NCBI RefSeq assembly: GCF_009914755.1
Contig: NC_060927.1
Strand: one strand, 5' to 3'
From: the human T2T-CHM13v2.0 reference genome, Homo sapiens
DNA length: 64,000 bases
This document shows, in pieces, positions 42,619 to 59,547 of this stretch (the stretch's first letter is position 1; each line of letters starts with the position of its first letter). The position numbers and the translations under genes were made by a program. The notes under the pieces were generated by a model, which ran no database searches, was not told the origin of the DNA, and was given only the letters and a program-made list of their open reading frames with translations.

Positions 42619-43599
42619 TGTGATATAATAAGTATATATTTGTACTCTGCCCCTGGTTTTGGAGACAGAGCTTCTAAAACCTTTGTAGATGGAGATGCTA
42701 GGAGAATCTTTTATTCTAATATTTGATCCTTGACCCTGGATCTTGACACGGAGTTCCCAAGACCTTTGTAAATTTTTGAATGATAGAAGCCTCTGGCACA
42801 GAACTCCTAAATCCCTTGGAATTTCCTGGGCTATAGGTACATCTTATATTCTAATGAGATGACTTTTGGTGGGATTGTGGATAGCTTCAGGATGGGGCTA
42901 GTTGCCGGGGAAACCAATCATGTGATTAGAGGATTGGAACTTTCAGCCCTAACCCCTTGACTTCCAGAGAGGGGAGAGAGGCTGAAGGTTGAGCTGATCA
43001 CCAAATAGCCAATGATGTAATCAATCATAACTATGTAATGAAACCTCCATAAAAACCCAAAAGGAGAGCTTTCAGATTCCTGAACACATGGAGGTGTCTG
43101 GAGAGTGGCATGCCTGGGGAAATCATGAAAGCTCCAAGTCCCCACCCATAGACCTCACTCTGTATATCTCTTCATCTAGCTGTTTGTTTATATTCTTTGC
43201 AATATCCTTCATAATAAATGGGTAAATGTAAGTAAAGTGTTTCCCTGAGTTCTGTGAGCCATCCTGGGAAATTAATTGACATAAGGAGCTGGTCATAAGA
43301 ACCATGATTTATAGCTGGCCAGTCAGAAGTACAGGCGACGATCTGGGACTCGGCCTCTGAAGTAGGAACAGTCTTGCAGGACTGAGCTCTCAACCTGTAG
43401 GATCTGATGTTCTCTCCAGGTAGATGGTGTCACAATTCAACTGAATTATAGGACATGCAGTTGGTGTCTGCTGGAAAATTGCTTGGCTGGTGTATGGGGA
43501 AAACCCTATACACATTTTGAAGACCAGAGATGAAGTATTATGTGTTGAGTATAGTATTGAGTGTGACAGTAGAAAAAAACAGTTTTTTTCTCCCTCACA
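42619..43599 (+). mobile_element. MER21(B/C)-like LTR
   Basis: 'tgtgatataataagtatatatttg...', 'gtgtttccctgagttctgtgagcc', 'gtagatggtgtcacaattcaactgaattataggac'. Confidence 0.85.
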
Positions 43600-44341
43600 T
43601 CCAGGGACAAGAAATTGTGTCCTTATACTTCCCAAAGAGACAAGCTAAGGTAGCATCTAGCTTCAAGTTAACAATGTCTTTGTATGTAGCATCCAGTTTT
43701 TAGATTTGAATGTGGCTCTATGTTGTCTGGTGGTCTGTGAACTAAAAGGAAAAACTAAGACAAACTATTTGCCCTTCCCACCTCACACCCATGGCTTTCA
43801 CACATGCTCTACAAATAATGGTAAAACAGAGACAAGGTAGCCACGCTAAAAACTTCTGTCACTGAAGTGGAATATTGGAAAATTACTAATACCAGTTACC
43901 TCTGGTTCACAACATTAATGACTTCTTGTGGCAGGCATAGTGTAGACTCTCTATCTAGCTTATAGTGGAAGCTTATTTATTGATTCAGTTCTCTGGAAGA
44001 AACTCCCTTGTCCAATGTTCTCAATGGCATCTTAATTCCACTGGATGAGAGATTCCTCCTTGTCCGTTATCCTCTCTGGCCACAGTAGAATTAGGAGTTG
44101 GAGAGTATGTCTTCCTTAGGAGCTGCATAACTTTCATAGTTACTATGTGATGGTGCAATTTTGCTGTGCCCAAGAATATGCTAATGCCTGAACAAATTAA
44201 AGAATTTTTAAAAAACATCTTACAGATTCTTTGGCAATGCATTTATCTTAGAAACTTGGTAAGCTTCTGGTATATTTGTTTCCAGTCTGTTCCGATGCCA
44301 AGAGCCACTCCCAAAGTTCTTTACTAGACATACTTCTCTGG

Positions 44342-44540
44342 CTTCCTTTCCCTCCCTCCCTCCCTCCCTCCCTCCTTCCCTCCTTCCCTCCTTCCTTCCT
44401 CCTTCCCTCCTTCCTTCCTTCCTTCCTTCCTTCCTTCCCTCTTTCCCTCCCTTCCTCCCTCCCTCCCTTCCATCCATCCATCCATCCTTCCTTCCTTCCT
44501 TCCTTCCTTCCTTCCTTCCTTCCTTCCTTCCTTCTTTCCC
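44342..44540. repeat. Polypyrimidine (CCCT)/(CCTT)/(CCAT) compound tetranucleotide repeat
   Basis: Seen directly; it explains the GRKE- and PSFL-repeat ORFs. Confidence 0.95.
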
Positions 44541-44563
44541 TTTGCTCTTGAAAACAGAGACCA

Positions 44564-44793
44564 TGAGACCAGCCTAGCCAAAATAGTAAAATCCTGTCTT
44601 TACTAAAAATACAAAAAATTAGCTGGGCATGGTGGCTCACACCTGGAATCCCAGCTACTCAGCAGGTTGAGGCAGGAGAATCACTTGAACCCAGGAGGTG
44701 GAGGTTGCAGTGAGCTGAGATCACACTACTGCACTCCAACCTGGGTGACAGAGCAAATTTCTCTCACAAAATAAAAAAAAAAAAGAAAGAAAA
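44564..44793 (+). mobile_element. 5'-truncated AluS
   Basis: Starts within the left arm 'gagaccagcctagcc'; complete right arm and A-tail; degenerate TSD gaaaacagagacca / gaaaatggaaacca. Confidence 0.9.
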
Positions 44794-45017
44794 GAAAATG
44801 GAAACCAATATACTTTTTTGTGCCTTGTACTATATTTTAATGAGATCAAGCCTACTTTCCTGTTCCCGTGTTAAACAATATTGAGATCAGGCAAAAATAA
44901 CTTAGCTGCTTGCTTGAGGACATTCTTGTTCCTAAGAGATAATACTGTGAAACAACAAATACAGCCACATTTCACAGCTTGCTCATTAAGGCCTTTACCT
45001 CGCTGTGCCCAGCAATC

Positions 45018-45820
45018 CAAAGCTTTGAAAATCTATGGATGCATTTTATTTATCTAGCACTCACTATGCTTCTTAAATATGTCTTAGTCAGTATTTATTC
45101 TCTGGATTGATTGGAGGTTTTCCAGCCAGAGAGCTAAGGTGTTAGGGTTCTGAACAAATTTCTTGATCTTTATTCACTATCTCTTTCATGATGAGGCACC
45201 CATTTTGCTGAGACTCTTATTTAAGAAATCTTCAAGGTCTTGTTACTTATTAAGAAACTGCATGGTCTCTAACACCCTCAGTCTTTGAGGAACAGAAAGA
45301 ACAAATGAGATTCTAAAATGAAACAACTTCAAAGCTCTGAGAGTCCTTTGAACTTTTATGCTCTAAGGTATTTTCATTGGCCCTAATGATAATAAGATTC
45401 ACTTCTTTTCATATTCATCAATTTTTTGTCATAGGTTAGAAGCAGTCTGATTCACGAATTGAGGAATATTCCCTTTCATTCTAAACCCTGTCTTGTTGCA
45501 AGCAGGATAATACTAATACTAATACTGCAAAGGGCTGATGCAGTATATTCAGTCTTGTCCTCACCAGGTACAGGAAGCCTTTTCTCAACATTCTCCTAAA
45601 CCACCTTTGTATAACCTAAAATGTGAAGACTTCGTTTTCTGGAATGGATGTTAAGGATGGAAAGATCCTTAATCTCTATGAAATGGAGCAGCTGACAATC
45701 TGTATTTTATAGAGATGGTCAGCTACTCTTAATCATTAGCCGTGTAGTAAAACTGTGAGGGGTTTTATATGGGGCTAATCCTTGATTTATGTCTACCAAT
45801 TTAAGAGACATAAACCATCC
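45018..45820 (+). pseudogene. Retroviral integrase (pol C-terminus) fossil
   Basis: Broken frames: QSFENLWMHFIYL..KYVLV; LFSGLIGGFP; S**GTHFAETLI*EIFKVL..KLHGL*HPQS; ERTNEILK; KVFSLALMIIR; LYNLKCEDFVFW; QLLLIISRVVKL*G. The order matches gammaretroviral IN (QMDF, FSGWVEAFP, SDRGTHF, HPQSSG.VERTN, PWPKVLPLAL..IR, LQPGDFV.W, GPYQVLL...AVKL.G). Confidence 0.8.
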
Positions 45821-46503
45821 TCAGCTCGTTAAAGTCTTCTGACCATAGGCCTCAAGCTGATAATTCTTAGGTGTGTATCCTTCAGAAGCAGAAAATTGAG
45901 AAGAGACAGTTTTTAGGTATTTGGAAGTAGTCGACAACTGCACAAAGTAGATAGCTTCTGCCCAGACCCACAGAATAAAATGTAGTTAAACAGAGTCACA
46001 TATTGCCATGTTTTAATGAGCATGTGCTTGTTGATTTTTTCTATCTGTTTTATATATTCTGCATTAAGGTTCTGGATTTGCTAACAATGCATTTGTTATC
46101 CTTGAACTATGCTATCCATAAAGCCCCTATTTTTAATATTTTTCTTTGCATTACTAGCAACTTCTTGGGATACATCTAGTGTCTGGCTATAATTTTCTTG
46201 TGATTTGGTTAAAGAAAAATGAAACTAACTTGGTTCTATTAGTACCAATTCCTTCCAATGAATTAGCCAGTATCTTGGTTGTTTGGATTCAACTACTAAG
46301 GAAATTCTTAGATTGCAAACATACCACAGACCAGACAGCCAAAAATCTAAACCACTTACGTATAACATCTAGTATGGGAGGTTTCTGTTTTTGTTAAAAC
46401 ATCCAAGGACTTTTCACAGCAGTTGGCTTTTGTAACAAAAATTTCACAGAAATAGAGCTTGGAATATGACTAAGAAAAATATGGTGTACCAGTGAAAACC
46501 ATC

Positions 46504-46900
46504 TGCTGTGGACTGAACTGTGTCCCTTACCCAAGTTTGTATGTTGAAGTCTTAACCCCCAAGTAATGGTGTTTGGAGATGGGGCCTTTGGGAAATAATT
46601 AGGTTTAGATAAGATCTTGAGGGTAAGGCCATCATGATGGGATTAATGCCCTTATAGGAAGAGACCTGAAAGTTTATGTATGCATCTCTCTCTCCCTCTC
46701 TTTCCTTCTCTTTCTCTCTGCCATGTGAGGACACAGAAGGAAGCTCTCTGTAAGAAAAGAAGAGCGCTCTCACGAGAACCTGACCATGCTGGCACTCTGA
46801 TCTTGAACTTCTGTCTTCCAGAATTGTGAGAAAATAAGATTCTACTATTTAAGCTACCCAGTCCATGGTATTTTGTATGGCATCCAAACTTACTAAGACA
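46504..46900 (+). mobile_element. MLT1A0-like solo LTR
   Basis: 'tgctgtggactgaactgtgtccc...tactaagaca'; perfect TSD ccatc at 46499-46503 and 46901-46905. Confidence 0.9.
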
Positions 46901-47525
46901 CCATCTCATTTTAACAGACTTCCAAGAAGGCTAACTTCTTAAACTGAAATTAATACTATTTTACTATAGATATAACTGATGATCTCCTTAATTTAAATCT
47001 TACCATCTGACTGTAATCCACTCTTACTTAGTGGCACTAAAAGTGTACAAAATAACTAGACAACCTCGAAGGGTATTTTGTCTTAAAAGAGAACATTGGG
47101 ATACTCATAGCAAATGGTTTTGGATTTTTGCATGAAAAATTTTCTAGTTATTACTAACAAACTGGATAGGGTCTTGTTATTTCAGTAACTTAGGTTTATA
47201 TTCACGATTATACTTGATATCACTTAGGTTCCATTTTGATATATTTTTCCCCTTTCAAAAAACAAAAACAAAACAAAATAAATCTTTAGGTAATTTAATT
47301 CAAAAAGAAGAAAAACCATGTCTCAACTTGAGTCCCCAAAACTTAGCTTCTAAAAGGGAATTTAGGATCTTTTTCTTCTGTTGGTGATGATTCAAAGCAG
47401 GCAGTCATAGACATAATATTGTTCTGTTTAACACTACAGAATTTTCTGGAACCTTTAATATTTCTAAAAACATCAGATAAACAAGTAAATGACGTACTAC
47501 CGTCTCTTCACATTGGTAATTGTGT

Positions 47526-47672
47526 CTGTTCTCTTGCTTTAATTTGGGTACTCTTTAGTCTGGGTTTAGAATTGGATTTCAAAGTCTGATCCTAATACTT
47601 TTCTTAGCGTTAGCCTGTGCTGCTGTGCTCAAATGTGTTTTCTTCAGACTCTTAAATGCTATTATGTAGCCA
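47526..47672 (+). pseudogene. Retroviral env transmembrane/cytoplasmic-tail fossil
   Basis: LFSCFNLGTL*SGFRIGFQSLILILFLALACAAVLKCVFFRLLNAIM*P, lying just upstream of a PPT-like tract and the LTR start at ~47962. Confidence 0.6.
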
Positions 47673-50600
47673 CTTTTGATCAAATGCTCCAATAAATAAC
47701 AAGGAATTATTATTATTATTTTACTTACCCAACATTTCATTTTCTCACAGTTCTGGAGGCCAGAGGCCAGAAGTCCAAAATTAAAGGGTGGACAGGGTTA
47801 ATTTATCCTGAAGCCTCTCTCCCTTTTTTTTTTTTTAACAAGGAAACTTAACACATGACTGTTACTCATCAAATAGTAATGCACATTTGGATTGATCATG
47901 ATTCTCAGTAACAAATAATCTGTCTTCTAAAGTAGGCAGAAGAATGACCAAATGTGGAAACTGATAACTGAAATCAAAATTTCTCATGCCTGTGTTAAAT
48001 AAAGTATGTTAGACCATACTTTCCTGCCCTATGAACATAGTTTGTTTTCTATGAGTTAACCATAAGACTAGTCATATATCCTTGTCCCTATTTAAATAGT
48101 ACTGAGACCAGCCACAAGTTAGTTGTTTGCTCAGGGACGCATCTTTTCCTGGAATATAAAGTGATAAAGCAACTAATATGCTAATTACAAACAACAACTT
48201 GCTCATCAAGGCTGCTTCAAGGCCATTGCCTCACTGGGCTCACAACATCCAAAGCTAGCATGTCATAATTCGATCATTCTGAACCATATTCTTGCTTTAC
48301 AATGCCTGCCTTAAAAATCACTCGACCCAGGCTCTAGAACCTTCTTACCATTCGCTAATTTTCACCCTTTTAAATACTATAAGTTTAATAAACTCACCTT
48401 TGAATAATTAATATGTTTTCCTGGAGGAGTTTGTGAGGGAGATTCAATATCTCTTTTCTCTCTTTCTCAGTTTGGTGAACTGTCTTTAGGCCATGTGAAA
48501 TACAAATAGCCTTGCATAGGAAGAAAGTGCTCTCGATCGGACTTATTGACAGTTGAGACACTTTGCTTAACTGAGCAATCATAATGAGCTTTAGTTCTTC
48601 AAAATAATCTTCAGTTTTACATTACTTTACTTGAGGTTTAAAAGCAGTTTGGTTTTCTAATTTTCTAATCCTTCAAGGCCTTGTCTATACTCCTTCAATT
48701 TTCTTTCAAATCACCCAATTCTGCCCTTAGGAAAAAAACATGTTTTTACTGTTATACTTTGCAAAAAGCAAAATGGAAAAGTAATCCTCACTGTAACTTT
48801 TTGTAACCACTCTTCCTGGAGCTACAGTCTAAGTAGGCATGCAATTTGCATTCCAGATTATCTCTGGTGACAGTTTTGCTATTTTGCCATTGTGTAACAT
48901 AGGTGTCTATCTTTTCAGCCTTCAATATCAATTGCTTTGCTATCTACCAGACGATAACATTTCTGGTACCAATTTCTGTATTAGTTTGGTTAATACCAAC
49001 TGTTGACACAAATACCAGTGGATTAACATTTATAGTACACTCCTGTAACAGTCCAAAGCAGGTATTTCTGATTGTGGAGTACTTTTGTTCACAAAATGAA
49101 TTCATCTGTGGTTCCACCATCTTCAGTTTCTACTTTCTAAGATTGATGTTGACTCAAATTGGGGAATGTGGAAAGAGAGGAAGATAATTTCACGTAAGAA
49201 GTTTCTTTATGGGTTAAACCAAAATGCCACACATCGCTTCTATTCATATTGAATTGGTACTACTCAATCACATGGCCAAACTCAACTGCAAGGAAGCCTG
49301 GAAAATGTAGTACAGGCTTAGGCCTAGGAGACAAAGGAAATGAGTTTGATGTGAAGGTAGGCAGTCTCTGCCACAATTGTGTCTTTTTAAGCACACATGT
49401 AACCACATTAGTAAACAGATGCCCTGAGACTATATCAGGCAGTAGATAATAGTGTCAGAAATAGAAATAGAAGAGCACAACCTGTCATGTGGCTGGAGAA
49501 ATGGTTAGTGAAAGTCATCACTTAAAATATGAATCAGGAAAGACATAAAATATGTTATAGGTGAGTAGAATATACAGAATTGATGTACAGAATTTGTGGA
49601 TGAATGTAATTCTTTTGGAGAGAACATTGGATGTAAGTGTATAAGGGCAAAAATGACTATGATGTGTTTCAGCGACAGTGAGAGGATTTGCTTTGCCATA
49701 GCAGATTTCTTTTAAAGATTAAGAAAAATTAAAGATGAGTAGGGAGACTGGAATGTAGTAGAGATCTTTTAATGCCATTCACACTAAAAAAACTCATTCT
49801 AGAACTATTTGAATAGCATCGATCATTTATAGTAATTATCTACTTATATATTTATTCTCTTTAGCCTTGCTGCATATATTTCAGCACTTGATGTTTTCAT
49901 TTAGATGGAAGCAAGTTCTGTGTGAAGAAGAGATACACAGACTCTGAAAAGGGGATAGATTGGGAATGGGCTATCATGCATTCATTATGCTCCTCCAATG
50001 TCAGCAGGAGTTTTCTGGGTCGCTGGCAGTTGTGTGCATAATGGCTGGAAGACTGGGTCCTAATTACTAAGACTAGCATTGCAGAGGCATAGCTAAGTAC
50101 AACTTTGTTGGAACATAATATCTTTGTCTGAGGTGATTAGACATTACAGATAGGTTATTTAAAAATGCACAGGTAAAACTTTAATTTTCTCTGTCCAATC
50201 AGTGTAATTCTACTAGATAATATGACTGCTTTTTAAAAGTAAGACATTGATAATTAAATCTTTCAAAAGGTATAGTCTATTTTAAATGAAAGTCAATTCA
50301 TAATGTTGTAGTGTTCACACAGGGCTGCCTTATAATTAAAAAAGTTAATTTTATATTTTTGTATCCTAGTAACCTAAAATGTGCTTCAAAAAAACACAGC
50401 GAGCTGTTTAGGAAGGATTAGAAGGACAGAAATACCTGGATACAACTCTATGTCTCCCTAGTGATCTCTTTTTCGCCCACATAGGATGATGTTCTTTGAT
50501 GAGAAAAACAAAACTACTCAATTTAGCCTTTTTAAAAGTTTGTGACAGTAAACACAAATTTCAAATAATTTATTTTATTGTTTTAAAATTTATACTTTAA

Positions 50601-50815
50601 AATGACATTCTCATCTTTTATTACTATTGAAAGATGCTATTGAATTGAACCTTTCAATATTGTATAATTAACACATGAAATGTATATTATATATAATGGA
50701 CAATCTTCAATTATCATATCTTATCTAAGAAATCTGATGAGAGAAATAGCTTATGAATTTGAAAAGATTATCTCATTTTTTTCTCTTTCTTTTATTAGTG
50801 TTATTATTAATAAGT

Positions 50816-50870
50816 AGAGTGACCATATAATTTATCAACCAGATTGGGACATTTTTGAGAGTGAAAGTGG
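50816..50870. mobile_element. MER81-like hAT-Blackjack fragment
   Basis: 'agagtgaccatataatttatcaaccagattgggacatttttgagagtgaaag'. Confidence 0.6.
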
Positions 50871-50959
50871 TAATTATCTAAGATCAGATATATTTACTAA
50901 CACATGTTGATAAGTCTACATGGATAACTGAAATTAGTTAAGGAAGGTAAAAGATTGAG

Positions 50960-51170
50960 TCATAGTTTGTTAGCATTTATCAAACACTTCTGTATGGCAG
51001 GGACTCTACTAAGCACTGTATATGCATAATCTTATTAAACTTTCACTAGCACATGAGGTAATTTTTATTATAGCCATATTCTAGATGAGGAAACTATGGC
51101 TTACAGAGATTAAATAACTTTTCCAAGAATACATATTAGGTATGTATCAGAGACTGATTTTAAGTTTTAT
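50960..51170 (-). mobile_element. MIR
   Basis: 'agatgaggaaactatggcttacagagattaaataacttttccaag' MIR core. Confidence 0.8.
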
Positions 51171-51278
51171 CTACTTATTTAAATGATTGAAAATAACACT
51201 ATAGGCAATTGGCAGTAAAGATATAAATAACTGACAGTTCTATTACGTCTTTAATTCAATATTGTGATTTTTAACATT

Positions 51279-55529
<4,251 letters not shown>

Positions 55530-55530
<1 letters not shown>

Positions 55531-56400
55531 AAATAGTAGAAAAGTCATAAATGAAAACCAAAAAGATCATTCCTATTCACACTTAATCAAGCTTCACATT
55601 CCAGAAGTAATGATTTTCAATAATTTATGTTTTTGCTTTTTCAAAGTTATCTTAGAAGCTCTAAAATTATATGCTAATTCTTTAATTTGATATTTTTATA
55701 TCAGAGTTTTTTTTATTAAATAACATTCTATGTTTCTTCCATTTGTTGAGATTTTTTTAATATATTTGAATTAAATTTATAATTCTTTTAATATAAATCC
55801 TGTCCCTTAATTATTAAATATATTCCTAAGTATTTTATGATTTTTGATGATGTAAAGAATGGAATGTTTTTCTCATTTCCACATATATGTATTAATGTAG
55901 GAAAGGCAGAAAGTTAAGTATTTATATGTTTTCAACTTGAACTACCCATCTTGCTGAATGTCCTCATAATTTGGTAGGTTTTTTCTTACTGTAATTTTTG
56001 AGATTTTCTAAATACAGTTATATCGTCACCAAAACATTCTATTTTTTTCTAATGCTGATATTGATTGTCTAATTTTTAAAATTGCATTTGCTATAACTTC
56101 AAAACCAATGCTGAATAATTACGATGATGGAGGACATTATGCCTTTTTGTGATTATAATGAAACTGTTTTACCACTTAGGATAAAGTTTGCTGTTGTATT
56201 TTAGTAAATCGCGAAGTAATTTCTTTTTATTGCAATTTGTCTTAAACTTGATTAGCTGATTAATTTTATCAAATGCCATTATAGCATCTGGTAATAAAAT
56301 CATTTTATTTTTTATTCAATGTGTAAGATAATGAATTACATAGATAAATTTTCTCATTTTGAACAATTTATTCATTTCTAGAGTAAACGATAATCTGACT
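55530..56400 (-). mobile_element. Decayed old L1 (L1ME-like) fragments
   Basis: 'ttaaatatattcctaagtatttt', 'gattttctaaatacagttatatcgtc', 'taccacttaggataaagtttgctgt'. Confidence 0.6.
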
Positions 56401-58469
56401 CTTTGTTCAGATTTTTGTGTTTTCTGCATTGTATCTCTCTGCTCTCTCTTCTCCAACAATCAACACTCTCCCTGCCTTATTCTTGACTTAGAGTATTTCC
56501 AAGGCCTGCTTCTGGATTCTTGTTTTCTAGCCCTATGCTTAATTCGTCTTTATTTACTTCTTTTCTTTATCTATCATTCTTACTAATGATGTAATTCCTA
56601 TTAGACTTAGAGATGTAATGGAGGCAGATTAGGGGTGCAAGGGAGATGGATATAAGTGCTCTTTCTGCCATCTGGAATCAGAGTTGTGTTGCTAGATTTG
56701 ACTCCAGATCTTAGTCTGAAACATGCTCTAGGCCTATACACTATGCTGCTTCTTTAATATTAGAACTAGAGCTCTAACAGTGGTAATATATGTATGTGGC
56801 AAGGAAGACTGAAAACAAAAGTGTGATTACTGTGGAAAATTAAAAGATTGATAACATAAGTTTAAAAAAGAAGTAGCAGAGAAAGTCTGGAATTTACTGT
56901 CATCACTGCAGCAGTGACTGGTGTCAGAAGTTGGCATGATGGTTGAGACTTAACTCTCTTCTAAACATTGGGAAATCTGGATCTCTTGTAAGGCATTCTC
57001 CATGTATTTATTTAGACTAAGAATGAACTTTATATCCTTGTTGATAAAAACCAAATTATTTATGCAAGAACATAATGAGCATGCTAATTCCAACACTTCC
57101 AATGTGTGAAAGTGAGTCTGTGTGTGATACATAGGCTTAAAAAAGGCTGTGTAGATTCCTGGGCGAGATGACTGAATAGGAATAGCTCTAGTCTGTAGCT
57201 CCCAGTGAGACCAACAAAGAAGGCAGGTGATTTCTGCATTTCCAACTGAAGTACCCAGTTCATCTCACTGGGGCTGGTTAGACAATGGGTGCAGCCCACA
57301 GAGGGTGGACAGAAGCAGGGTGGGGTGTTGCCTCAGCCAGGAAGTGCAAGGGGTTGGGGAACTCCCTCCTCTAGCCAAGGGAAGCCATGAGGGACTGTGC
57401 TATGAGGGATGGTGCTATCTGGCCCAGATACTATGCTTTTCCCATGGTCTTTGCAACCTGCAGACCAGGAGATTCCTTTGGGTGCCTACACTACAAGGTT
57501 CCTGGGTTTTAAGCACAAAACGGGTGGCCATTTGGGCAGACACTGAGCTAGCTGCAGGATTTATTTTTTTGTACCCCAGTGGTGCATGAAAGACCAGCAA
57601 GACAGAACCATTCACTCCCCTGGGAAGGGGGCTGAAGCCAGGGAACCAAGGGGTCTTGCTCAGCAGATCCCATCCCCATGGAGCCCAGAAAGCTAAGTGG
57701 GCTTGAAATTCTCGCTGCTAGTACAGCAGTCTGAAGTCGACCTTTGACTCTTGAGCTTGGTGGGGGAAGGGGCATCCACCATTACTGAGGCTTGAGTAGG
57801 GGATTTTCCCCTCACTGTGTAAACAAAGCCACCAGGAAGTTCAGACTGGGCGGAGCCCTCTGCAGCACCACGAAGCCAGATTGCCTCGCTAGATTCCTCC
57901 TCTATGGGCAGGGGATCTCTGAAAGAAAGGCAGCAGCCCCAGTCAGGGGCTTATAGATAAAACTCCCATCTCCCTGGGACAGAGCACCTGGAGGAAGGGG
58001 TGGCTGTGGATGCAGCTTCAGCAACTTAAATGTTTCTGCCTGCTGGCTCTGAAGAGAGCAGCAGATCTCCCAGCACAGCGCTTGAGCTCTGCTGAGGGAC
58101 AGACTACCTTTTCAAGTGGGTCTCTGACCCCCATGCCTCCTGATGGGGAGACATCTCCCAGCAGGGTTCAACAGACACCTCATACAGGAGAGCTCCAGCT
58201 AGCATCTGGCAGATGCCCCTCTGGGGAGAAGCTTCCAGAGGAAGGAGCAGGCAACAGTCTTTGCTGTTCTCAGCTTCCACTGGTGATATCCAGGTAAACA
58301 GGGTCTGGAGTGGACCCCCAGCAAACCCCAGCAGACCTGCAGAAGAGGGTCCTGACTGTTAGAAGGAAAACTAACAAACAGAAAGCAATAGCATCAACAT
58401 CAATAAAAAGGATGACCATGCAAAAACTCCATCTGACTGTCACCAACAGCAAAGACCAAAGGTAGATAA

Positions 58470-59484
58470 ATCCACAAAGAAGAGCACAAAAAGGCTGAAA
58501 ATTCCAAAACCCGGAATGCCTCTTCTCCTCCAAAGGATCACAACTCCTCACCAGTAAGGGAACAAAACTGGACAGAGAATGAGTTTGACGAATTGACAGA
58601 AGTCGGCTTCAGAAGGTGGGTAATAACAAATTCCTCTGAGCTATAGGAGCATGTTCTAACCCAATGCAAGGAAGGTAAGAACCTTGATAAAAGGTTAGAG
58701 GAATTGCTAACTGGAATAACCAGTTTAGAGAAGAACATAAATGACCTGATGGAGCTGAAAAACACAGCACGAGAACTTCATGAAGCATACACAAGTATCA
58801 ATAGCTGAATCTATGAAGTGGAAGGAAGGATATCAGTTATTGAAGATCAACTTAATGAAATAAATCAAGACAATATTAGAGAAAAAACAGTGAAAAAGAA
58901 TGAACAAAGCCTCCAAGAAATATGCAACTATGTGAAAAGGCTAAACTTATGTTTAATTGGTGTACCTAAAAGTGACAGGGAGAATGGAACCAAGCTGGAA
59001 AACACACATTATCCAGGAGAACTTCCCCAACCTAGCATGATAGGCCAAAATTCAAATTCAGGAAATACAGAGAACAGTGCAAAGATACTCCTCTAGAAGA
59101 GCAACTCCAAGACACCTAGTCATCAGATTCACCAAGGTTGCAATAAAGGAAAAAATGTTAAGGGCAGCCGGAGAGAAAGGTTGGGTTATCCACAAAGGGA
59201 AGCCCATCAGACTAACAGCGGATCTCTCTGCAGAAATCCTACAAGCCAGAAGAGAGTGGGGGCCAATATTCGACATTCTTAAAGAAAAGAATTTTCAATC
59301 CAGAATTTCATATCCAGCTAAATTAATCTTCATAAGTGAAGGAGAAACAAAATTCTTTACAGACAAGCAAATGCTGAGGGATTTTGTCACCACCAGGCCT
59401 ACCTTACAGGAGCTCCTGAAGGAAGCACTAAATATGGAAAGGAAAAACTGGTACCTGCTACTGCAACAACAAACCAAAATGTAG
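58470..59484 (+). pseudogene. L1 ORF1p remnant (start codon deleted, stops and frameshifts)
   Basis: Fragments ...EDQLNEI...EQSLQEI (58818-) and QRYSSRRATPRH...YPAKL...ERKNWY (59077-59484). Confidence 0.9.
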
Positions 59485-59547
59485 AGACCATCAACACTAT
59501 CAAGAAACTGCATCAACTGATGGGCAAAAGAACCAGCTAACAACATA

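Larger units (their letters stand above)
44549..48390 (+). mobile_element. Ancient ERV1 (MER110-like) proviral relic: 5' LTR remnant, integrase, env, 3' LTR
   Basis: Hand translation gives integrase motifs at 45018-45820 and an env TM-like segment at 47526-47672. Segments ~44860-44993 and ~48080-48215 are homologous LTR copies. Confidence 0.7.
41960..49375 (-). mobile_element. Two-LTR MLT1J-type MaLR provirus (LTRs ~41960-42401 and 48977-49375) with nested insertions
   Basis: Both LTRs end 'tctgccaca' and share 'tcac.tggcca.ac...aagcctgg.aaatgtagt'. Minus-strand PPT-like 'gaagggcaaag' precedes the left LTR; 'ctaataca-gaaattggtaccagaa' is the typical MaLR LTR/internal junction at 48961-48984. 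Confidence 0.7.

Noticed and set aside
44220-44640. GRKE- and PSFL-repeat ORFs
   Set aside because: Translations of the (CCTT/CCCT)n microsatellite.
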